This document shows, piece after piece, positions 1-6,943 of a DNA stretch of 25,002 bases. Under the pieces are notes generated by a model. The model was not told the origin of the DNA and made no database searches. It worked only from the letters and a program-made list of their open reading frames with translations. Source of the DNA: Candidatus Heimdallarchaeota archaeon (lineage in GTDB: Archaea > Asgardarchaeota > Heimdallarchaeia > Heimdallarchaeales > Heimdallarchaeaceae); the NCBI GenBank assembly GCA_021399345.1, contig JAAFKI010000121.1, positions 1-25,002 of the forward strand, read 5' to 3'. Numbering within the stretch: the first letter of the stretch is position 1; each line of letters starts with the position of its first letter. The position numbers and the translations under genes were made by a program.

Positions 1-34
1 ATATTGTCCCGAGACGTAATTAAAAAGTGATTAT

Positions 35-928
35 ATGAATAAAGCAGAAAAAAAAGGACCAGGAAGACCAAAAAAATATTCTACTGACGCTGCACGAAAA
101 AAAGCCTATCGTGATCGAAAAAAAGACGAACAAAGCAAATTAGTAGCAAATGTGAGCAAATTAGAATCAAATGTGAAAAAAGTCACAGAATTAAAAGGAA
201 GAATTGATAGTATGGAAAGAAAATTGGTAAAATCGACTTACACAGATCAACATGTACCTGAAGATATTTTAGAGATTCATGAACAAATTAAAGATCGTTC
301 AAGGAAGTACGCTCAATCGGAGTTAATGGATTTGGAAACTCATGAACTCAAACGTATCCAAACTGGTATTCAATCTCGATATCACGGAAGCTATTTTAAC
401 CCTCTACTTGCAGCACTTGAAAGTGCTATAATGCCTTCTGTTGATAGAGAATTTGATTCCAGAAAAGGGAGCATAGAAAGCAAACCTCGTGAAGTTACAG
501 TTAAAGAGAAACTGGCTAAACCAGACGATGAAGTTACTCCTAAAACTGAAATGAAAACAGATGAATATTTGCAGAAAGTGAAAGAAAAAGGTTTAGAGGT
601 TTCAGAAGAAGATCTTTTTGTTAAACCATCTAGAATGGAGAAGAAAAACAAAGATAGTTCAAAACATTGGAAATATTTGAAAGATATATTTAGAACTGAT
701 CAACTATTCGAAGTTTTTCAAGAACTAATACTTCTATACACAGTAGAAGCAGAACTATCTAGACGAGAAAGGGAAGTTATTCAAGCTAGAGATTTTGAAA
801 GATTGGAAAACCGACTAGAAGAACTTGAGAAAATCATGAAAGATGAAAAACTTCGACATGTTAAGAAATCTGTGAATGAGAAGAAGGCTAAGAAGAAAAG
901 TGATGAAAATGAAAAAAGAAAACAATGA
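35..928 (+). CDS. Hypothetical charged coiled-coil protein with an N-terminal AT-hook-like and bZIP-like basic/zipper region
   Basis: 297-aa ORF. N-terminus KKGPGRPKKYSTDAARKKAYRDRKK is followed by heptad hydrophobics L36/L43/V50/I57/L64, and the C-terminus is a K/E-rich coiled coil. Ends 61 bp upstream of actin on the same strand. Confidence 0.7.
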   Translation: MNKAEKKGPGRPKKYSTDAARKKAYRDRKKDEQSKLVANVSKLESNVKKVTELKGRIDSMERKLVKSTYTDQHVPEDILEIHEQIKDRSRKYAQSELMDLETHELKRIQTGIQSRYHGSYFNPLLAALESAIMPSVDREFDSRKGSIESKPREVTVKEKLAKPDDEVTPKTEMKTDEYLQKVKEKGLEVSEEDLFVKPSRMEKKNKDSSKHWKYLKDIFRTDQLFEVFQELILLYTVEAELSRREREVIQARDFERLENRLEELEKIMKDEKLRHVKKSVNEKKAKKKSDENEKRKQ

Positions 929-975
929 AACAAGAATTAATTGTAAAACGCATACGAAAGAAGAAATAGAGACCA

Positions 976-982
976 AAGGAGG
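976..982 (+). promoter_or_regulatory. Shine-Dalgarno site for actin
   Basis: AAGGAGG lies 7 nt upstream of the TTG start at 990. Confidence 0.7.
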
Positions 983-989
983 CATCTAG

Positions 990-2126
990 TTGTCCGACGA
1001 ACTCCACACCAAACCTCTGGTCTTAGATAACGGTACTGGCTTCACTAAAAATGGTTTCGCTGGTGAGGATCAACCTAGAAGTGTTTTTCCAACAATAATC
1101 GGATACCCTAAACATCCTGTTGTAATGCCCGATGTTGAAGGTTGGATAAGAGAGCACTACATTGGCGAAGAAGCAATGAACATGCGAGGTATACTCAAAC
1201 TTGTTTATCCAGTTGAACATGGACAAGTTCAAGATTGGGGTGCTATGGAAAACATATGGCATTATACTTTCTACAATGACTTGAGAGTTAATCCGAATGA
1301 ACATCCGATAATGCTTACAGAGCCTCCTTTAAATGACAACAGAAACAAGGAAAAAATGGCTGAGCTGATGTTTGAAATGTTCAATGTACCTGCTATGTAT
1401 ATTTCTATGCAAGCAATACTCTCACTCTATGCATCAGGAAGAACTACTGGGTTAGTAGTTGATGCAGGAGATGGTGTGATACATATTGTACCAGTGTATG
1501 AAGGTTTTGCAATCTCTCATGCAATTCACAGATGTGATATTGGAGGAAGAGATATCACCGATTATCTAAGAACTCTCTTGAAACAACGAGGATATTCTCT
1601 GACAACAAGTGCTGAAAGAGAAATAGTACGAGATATTAAGGAAAGACTATGTTATGTGGCACTGAATCCAGAAAAGGAGCTTCGATTAACAGAAAAAATA
1701 TCCAATATGGAGAAAGAATATACTATGCCAGATGGAGAAACTCTTACTTTAGGAGCAGAGCGTTTTATGGCACCAGAGCTTCTTTTTAGTCCAGGCGTAA
1801 TTGGTTCAGAAGAAGAACCACTTGATGAGTTGATCTATAGAATGATTCAGAGATGTGATGTAGACTTAAGACGGGATCTATTTTCGAATATTGTTTTATC
1901 TGGTGGAACCACGATGTTTCCTGGATTAAAGGAAAGACTCCATAAAGAATTAACAGATCTTGTACCTGATACAACAGAAGTAAAAATAATAGCTCCTCCT
2001 GAAAGAAGATATTCTGTTTGGATAGGTGGCAGTATTCTAAGTTCTCTAAAAACATTTAACAAACTATGGGTAACAAGGAAGGAATATAAAGAAACAGGAC
2101 CTACAGCTGTTTATCGCTGTATCTGA
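990..2126 (+). CDS. Asgard actin (lokiactin-related, eukaryotic actin family)
   Basis: 378 aa, collinear with eukaryotic actin: LVLDNGTG phosphate-1, YPVEHG, TEPPLN, MQAILSLYASGRTTG, VDAGDG phosphate-2, EREIVRDIKE, IVLSGGTTMFPG, PPERRYSVWIGGSIL. Confidence 0.97.
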   Translation: MSDELHTKPLVLDNGTGFTKNGFAGEDQPRSVFPTIIGYPKHPVVMPDVEGWIREHYIGEEAMNMRGILKLVYPVEHGQVQDWGAMENIWHYTFYNDLRVNPNEHPIMLTEPPLNDNRNKEKMAELMFEMFNVPAMYISMQAILSLYASGRTTGLVVDAGDGVIHIVPVYEGFAISHAIHRCDIGGRDITDYLRTLLKQRGYSLTTSAEREIVRDIKERLCYVALNPEKELRLTEKISNMEKEYTMPDGETLTLGAERFMAPELLFSPGVIGSEEEPLDELIYRMIQRCDVDLRRDLFSNIVLSGGTTMFPGLKERLHKELTDLVPDTTEVKIIAPPERRYSVWIGGSILSSLKTFNKLWVTRKEYKETGPTAVYRCI

Positions 2127-2144
2127 AAGCCGTTTCTTACATCC

Positions 2145-2170
2145 TTTAATTTACTTTTTTTTTCTTCTTC
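2145..2170 (+). terminator. Archaeal U-rich terminator after actin
   Basis: T9 run at 2155-2163 inside a pyrimidine tract about 30 nt after the stop codon. Confidence 0.5.
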
Positions 2171-2271
2171 GACACATTTTCCTTGGTTAAAATATATTAT
2201 TTTACTACTTTTTCACCTCTATTTAGAGTAAAAGTTATATTTTGATAGGATTATATTCTTTTAGTGATTAC

Positions 2272-2448
2272 ATGTCGGTGAAAAGACCAGATGCTTTTAT
2301 CTGTAATAACTGCGGAAATCGATTCAACAATGAAGAGAAAAAGACGCTAAAGGAACAAATAGATGGAATTTTTATCACAAAAACTGTATGTCCTAAATGT
2401 CTTTCGGCAGATATACGAACTACAATTACTGGGCATAGAGAAGAATAA
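2272..2448 (+). CDS. Small zinc-ribbon protein
   Basis: CNNC...CPKC knuckles. ATG at 2272 is preferred over the TTG at 2242. Confidence 0.65.
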   Translation: MSVKRPDAFICNNCGNRFNNEEKKTLKEQIDGIFITKTVCPKCLSADIRTTITGHREE

Positions 2449-2523
2449 GCTCTAAAATTTGTATTACGGGGGTAGTTTCCTTATCTTACCTATTCTATAA
2501 ATAAGTCCCACTATTTTATTATC

Positions 2524-2712
2524 ATGCAACCAGAGAATCTTGTAGAAGAAATGAATGGTATTCTCTCTAAAATGGATAAAGACTTGAAGAATTTAAATAG
2601 AGAATTAGACAAAATCTTGATTAAATATCCAAAGTTCATTGATGACGAGGAAAAGAAGCTGAAATATGCAATGTTCAAATTCAATGATGGTAAATTCAAT
2701 CACGGAAAATAG
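2524..2712 (+). CDS. Short hypothetical helical protein or gene fragment
   Basis: 62-aa ATG ORF with protein-like K/E/L composition and no recognisable motif. Confidence 0.35.
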   Translation: MQPENLVEEMNGILSKMDKDLKNLNRELDKILIKYPKFIDDEEKKLKYAMFKFNDGKFNHGK

Positions 2713-2822
2713 ATTGAAATTATTGTTATTCTGTTTGTTCAGAGAACTGAACTTTGTGGGTTACGTCAGTTCGTCGATTTTTATCTATATTTATATTTTT
2801 TGAGGAACAATTTTTATAACAA

Positions 2823-2836
2823 ATGACATTTGTCAT
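2823..2836. promoter_or_regulatory. Palindromic putative operator upstream of the DUF389 gene
   Basis: ATGACA-TT-TGTCAT lies just downstream of a TTTTATAA TATA-like box and 26 nt before the ATG at 2863. Confidence 0.35.
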
Positions 2837-2862
2837 AATTATAGTACTGTATAGGTTTTTCT

Positions 2863-3903
2863 ATGAAAGAAGTAAAGGTAATCATCCCCTCCGAAAAACT
2901 AGAGCTAGTTAAAGAATTAGAGGAGAAGCTTGGATTAGTATTTAATATATTAATATTCGAGAATGTAGTAACAATAAACACTACTTTAGAAAATCAACAT
3001 ACTTCTACCCTTTTAGAGGAACTAAAAGGACTGGGGGTTGGAACCGTTTTTGGTCGCATTACAGTATCTCCTATCGCTTTTGAGATTTCTTCAGATAAGA
3101 AGGAGTCAAAAGCTCGAGGAAGTGGGATTAGTATCGATGAAATGATTGCAAATATCAAAGGTTTAGCTTTAATTAATCCAACTTACTTAGGATTGATATT
3201 ACTTGCAGGAGCACTCGCTTCATTTGGACTTATCTATAATAATGTCATAATTGTGATTGCAAGTATGATTATAGCTCCTCTGTTGGGGCCCATTGCTTTA
3301 GCAGTTATTGGAACTATGACACCCAAGAATATCTATTCAAAGAGAGCAATTGCTACCGAAATACTAGGTATTGCATTCATAATAGGCTTTGGTGTAATTG
3401 TGGGTCTAATCTATAATAGTTCTGATCCTTCAATAATTTTAAACCAAGTTCCACCTTCAAATCCCGATACACAAATAGCCATTAGGATTTTACCAAATAC
3501 AGGAGATATCGTAGTTGCAATAGCTAGTGGTTTAGCTGCAGGAGTTTTCATAGTCAGGGGAGAAAATACTGCTATTGTGGGTGTTGCTGTAGCAGCTTCT
3601 TTATGCCCTCCCGCAGCAAATGTAGGCGTTTTACTTGCAAGTGGTGCTACAATAAGGATGGCTTCAGGATCATTGTTACTACTTGTTTTGAATATTATCT
3701 CAATATATGCATCCTGTGCGTTAATATTCTGGACATCACAATCCTTTGTCAGGGGAGGAACTTTTTCAACAAGACAATATAGAAAAATTAGTAAACTATA
3801 CATTATACAAATAGCTATGACAACTCTTATACTGGCTGGTATTGTTATTCTAATAGTATTGAACAATGTTTATGGATTTCTAGAAGTTCTTCTCTTCGGG
3901 TAA
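2863..3903 (+). CDS. DUF389 / TIGR00341-family integral membrane protein
   Basis: Short soluble N-terminal domain followed by several TM helices with the family motifs VIASMIIAPLLGP, VAIASGLAA and GVAVAASLCPP. Confidence 0.85.
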   Translation: MKEVKVIIPSEKLELVKELEEKLGLVFNILIFENVVTINTTLENQHTSTLLEELKGLGVGTVFGRITVSPIAFEISSDKKESKARGSGISIDEMIANIKGLALINPTYLGLILLAGALASFGLIYNNVIIVIASMIIAPLLGPIALAVIGTMTPKNIYSKRAIATEILGIAFIIGFGVIVGLIYNSSDPSIILNQVPPSNPDTQIAIRILPNTGDIVVAIASGLAAGVFIVRGENTAIVGVAVAASLCPPAANVGVLLASGATIRMASGSLLLLVLNIISIYASCALIFWTSQSFVRGGTFSTRQYRKISKLYIIQIAMTTLILAGIVILIVLNNVYGFLEVLLFG

Positions 3904-3911
3904 GAATTAGC

Positions 3912-4088
3912 TTACCTGAAGTGTTCAATCATAGATTTCATTACCATTTTTACTGCATGTTGAGCTTCTTCTGTTAGATCAGTGAAACCTTTACCACATT
4001 CTGGACAAGCTTCATAACCCTCAGGGTCACTTTTATCAAATTTAAATCCACAGTGGAAGCAGTAAACATCATTTGGAAGTTTGCTCAT
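3912..4088 (-). CDS. Small zinc-ribbon protein
   Basis: CFHCG...CPECG knuckles. ATG at 4088. Confidence 0.65.
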   Translation of the reverse strand: MSKLPNDVYCFHCGFKFDKSDPEGYEACPECGKGFTDLTEEAQHAVKMVMKSMIEHFR

Positions 4089-4210
4089 TTGAATCAATCA
4101 AAATATAGATTGGGTGCAAATAAACTTTTGTGAAAATTCTTTTTTCTCATTTTTTTCAAAAAAACGATATACTAAAAATTTATTACTCTCTATGCGTCAA
4201 AAAACACACT

Positions 4211-6136
4211 ATGACATCAGTAGAAAGATTGTGCGAAAAACATACTGTTGAAAATGCTTTAGAACACGGGAAAGCAGCTATAGGTCCTGTAATGGGTAGA
4301 GTCTTTAAAGCTAATCCCGAATTGAGAAAGAATGCAGACATCATCAGAGAAATATTGGGAAATAAGATTGATTATATTAACTCATTAAAGCCTGAAGAAA
4401 TACAACAACTCGCACAAGATAAGTATCCAGAACTTCTGCAAAAGAAGGAAGAAATAGTTCAGGAAGAAGCTGATTTCATACGAGAGATTATTGAAGAACA
4501 TAACCGAACCGGAAGATTTGGAGGAAAGGTCCATACTCGATTCCCTCCAGAACCCAATGGATGGCTTCATGTTGGTCATGCATATTCCATTAATCGAAAC
4601 TATAACTTTGCAGTAGAATATGGAGGTAAATTCAACCTAAGATTTGATGATACAAATCCTCTAACAGAAGAAGAAGAATTTGTTGATTCAATAATTAATG
4701 ATGTTCTTTGGTTAGGAGTTGACTATGAAGATAGACTTCTCTTTGCATCAGATTACTTTGACCAGCTCTATGAATATGCAGTTCAACTAGTTAAGAAAGG
4801 GTTAGCATATGTGGATGATTCAAGTGTTGAAGAAATACGAGAAATGAGAGGAACCATTACAGAACATGGTAAGGAAAGTCCATACAGAAACAGATCAATT
4901 GAAGAAAATCTAGATCTGTTTGAGAGAATGAAAGCTGGAGAATTTAAGGACGGGGAAAGAGTTCTTCGAGCAAAAATCGATATGGCTCATCCTAATATGT
5001 TAATGAGGGATCCGATAGTATACAGAATCCTTCATGCAAGTCATCATAATACTGGTGATAAGTGGTGCATTTATCCAATGTATGATTGGGCTCATGGTTT
5101 AGAGGATTCAATCGAAAGGATAACTCATTCAATCTGTACTCTGGAATTCGAAGTACATAGGTCACTTTATGATTGGTATATAGATCAATTAGACAATGAA
5201 GATGGTAATCCAATTCATCATTCTCAACAAATAGAATTTGCTAAAATGAATCTCTCCTACATGGTCCTTAGTAAAAGAAGACTGAGGATGCTTGTAGAGG
5301 AAGGTTATGTCAACGGATGGGATGATCCTCGAATGCTCACAATAGCCGGAATGAGAAGAAGAGGATATACACCAGAAGCAATACGAAATTTCTCTTTAGC
5401 TATTAACTTCACTAAAAGAGAAAAATTGATTGATATGTCTATCTTTGAACACTACATACGAGAAGATTTGGATAAAAGATGCCCAAGAGTTATGAGTGTA
5501 ATCAATCCTGTCAAACTAGTTTTAACAAACTATCCAGAAGATCAAGAAGAGGAGTTTACAGTTCCAAATCACCCATCTGATAAAGAAATGGGGACTAGAA
5601 AGGTTAAATTTAGTAAAAACCTCTTCATTGAGCAAGAAGATTTCATGGAAACTCCTCCTGAAGACTATTATCGTCTTTCACCAGGAAAAGAAGTTAGATT
5701 GAAATATGCCTATTTCGTAAAGTGTGAAAGTGTGGTCAAAGATGAAAGAACTGGGAAGATAACTGAAATTCATTGTACATATGATCCTACAACTAAAGGA
5801 GGAGAATCTCCAGATGGAAGAAAAGTACAAGGAACTATTCACTGGATATCCGCTAACAATACACTAGAAGTTGAAGTAAGATTATATGATAGAATGTATA
5901 CTAAGGAGAATCCAATGGATACTGAAGAAGGAAAAGAGTTCAAAGATTATATCAATCCCGATTCTATAAATATAATGAAATCATATGTGGAACCATTCCT
6001 AAAGGATAATGAACCAGAATCAAGGTTCCAGTTTGAAAGAAATGGGTATTTTGTTATAGACTTAGTCGATTCAACAAAAGAAAAATTGGTCTTAAACAGA
6101 ATAATTACTTTGAGAGATTCATGGGCTAAAAAATAA
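4211..6136 (+). CDS. glnS: Glutaminyl-tRNA synthetase (bacterial-type core) with an archaeal GluRS-like N-terminal domain
   Basis: From residue ~88 the protein is collinear with E. coli GlnS as I recall it: FIREII, TRFPPEPNGWLHVGH (HIGH), RFDDTNP, WCIYPMYD, ITHSICTLEF (Cys as in GlnRS, not the Arg of GluRS), VLSKR (MSK), GWDDPR, beta-barrel anticodon domain KVQGTIHW, FQFERNGYF, and terminal LRDSW. ATG at 4211 (641 aa) is preferred over GTG at 4130. Confidence 0.95.
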   Translation: MTSVERLCEKHTVENALEHGKAAIGPVMGRVFKANPELRKNADIIREILGNKIDYINSLKPEEIQQLAQDKYPELLQKKEEIVQEEADFIREIIEEHNRTGRFGGKVHTRFPPEPNGWLHVGHAYSINRNYNFAVEYGGKFNLRFDDTNPLTEEEEFVDSIINDVLWLGVDYEDRLLFASDYFDQLYEYAVQLVKKGLAYVDDSSVEEIREMRGTITEHGKESPYRNRSIEENLDLFERMKAGEFKDGERVLRAKIDMAHPNMLMRDPIVYRILHASHHNTGDKWCIYPMYDWAHGLEDSIERITHSICTLEFEVHRSLYDWYIDQLDNEDGNPIHHSQQIEFAKMNLSYMVLSKRRLRMLVEEGYVNGWDDPRMLTIAGMRRRGYTPEAIRNFSLAINFTKREKLIDMSIFEHYIREDLDKRCPRVMSVINPVKLVLTNYPEDQEEEFTVPNHPSDKEMGTRKVKFSKNLFIEQEDFMETPPEDYYRLSPGKEVRLKYAYFVKCESVVKDERTGKITEIHCTYDPTTKGGESPDGRKVQGTIHWISANNTLEVEVRLYDRMYTKENPMDTEEGKEFKDYINPDSINIMKSYVEPFLKDNEPESRFQFERNGYFVIDLVDSTKEKLVLNRIITLRDSWAKK

Positions 6137-6147
6137 GCAGAGCATTA

Positions 6148-6160
6148 GAAAAATTTAAAA
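6148..6160 (+). promoter_or_regulatory. Putative BRE/TATA promoter of tRNA-Gln(UUG)
   Basis: Purine-rich GAAAAA followed by TTTAAAA, 46 nt upstream of the mature tRNA 5' end. Confidence 0.4.
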
Positions 6161-6179
6161 TTGAAACAATAAATCAACG

Positions 6180-6201
6180 GTTGTCAAAGAAATTTGACAA
6201 C
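6180..6201. repeat. Perfect 9-bp inverted repeat with a GAAA loop in the tRNA 5' leader
   Basis: GTTGTCAAA-GAAA-TTTGACAAC ends 5 nt before tRNA position 1. Confidence 0.8.
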
Positions 6202-6206
6202 ACTTT

Positions 6207-6314
6207 AGTCCCTTGGTGTAGCCTGGAAACATTCCAGACTTTGAATCTGGCGCCGGGAGTTCAAAAGGTATTCTCTTGCGAGGAGAGCCTGAATTTATCT
6301 CCCAGGGACTACCA
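6207..6314 (+). tRNA. tRNA-Gln(UUG) with a 32-nt intron at non-canonical position 58/59 (intron 6265-6296) and encoded CCA
   Basis: Acceptor AGTCCCT/AGGGACT + A73 + CCA. D arm GTGT/ACAT. Anticodon arm CCAGA-CT-TTG-AA-TCTGG (TTG at 6241-6243). T stem GGGAG/CTCCC. Removing 6265-6296 restores the TTCAAAT loop, and the junctions fold into a bulge-helix-bulge. Confidence 0.92.
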
Positions 6315-6461
6315 ACTTTTTCTAATTAATGAGATCAAAAACTAGTATCTTTTGTTTCAAGTGATTCTTTCAGTTCAAGTAACAAGGATTTCTTATAAAA
6401 AAGAGTTAAATACGTACACTACTTCTGTATTTGTTGAAGAGATTAATAAGAAGGAGATTAT

Positions 6462-6794
6462 ATGAGCTCAGAGAAATTTAAGAGAAAGTTTCAAGCAATA
6501 TGGATTTCATTCAGACCTTTTCTGATTTTCTTATTGGTAATAGCTATTTTGTTTGCTATACCTCTGCTCATTATAGCTTTGGTTTTGTTATTTGATGATA
6601 ATAACGTTACTTTCCTTATTCTTGTAATTATAGACTTCTCTGTTCTTGGAATTTTTGCAATAGGATTCTTAGCTTTTGGATTCCAGTATGTAATATCATT
6701 ACTAATAGAAAAAGAAGAAGTAAAATGTATCAATTGTGGAAAGACAATATCTAGTAAAGCTAAAATCTGCTCTGTATGTGGTGTAGAGCAGTAA
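6462..6794 (+). CDS. Two-TM membrane protein with a C-terminal zinc ribbon
   Basis: Two hydrophobic segments followed by CINCG...CSVCG. An AAGGAG RBS lies upstream. Confidence 0.7.
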   Translation: MSSEKFKRKFQAIWISFRPFLIFLLVIAILFAIPLLIIALVLLFDDNNVTFLILVIIDFSVLGIFAIGFLAFGFQYVISLLIEKEEVKCINCGKTISSKAKICSVCGVEQ

Positions 6795-6943
6795 TAAGAG
6801 CAAATCAACACTAAAAGACTAACTAAATATAACAAACTAAGATTTCAATTTCTGAATCACTAAACACTTCGGATATAATAGTTTGAGAAATTCATTCAAG
6901 AAAAATTGTTTTTTGTATCAGAAAGAAAAAAAGGTTAAAGGAA

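Noticed and set aside
925-969. 14-aa basic mini-ORF MKQELIVKRIRKKK overlapping the upstream stop (ATGA)
   Set aside because: Too short to support and expected by chance in A-rich sequence.
903-989. 28-codon ORF in frame with actin and separated from it only by a TAG, suggesting amber read-through or TAG-to-Gln recoding given the Gln machinery nearby
   Set aside because: No CUA-anticodon tRNA is present, TAG ends other genes here at their natural C-termini (e.g. the macrodomain gene and one SDR gene), and actin has its own SD and a normal length from TTG 990.
4130-4210. 27-aa N-terminal extension of GlnRS from GTG 4130
   Set aside because: It looks like AT-rich promoter sequence, and homology to the GluRS N-domain begins at ATG 4211.
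4211-6136. Annotation as the ordinary archaeal GluRS
   Set aside because: The core has FPPEPNG, WCIYPMYD and ITHSICTLEF plus the bacterial GlnS C-terminus. Archaeal GluRS has FAPNP and TH..RG instead.
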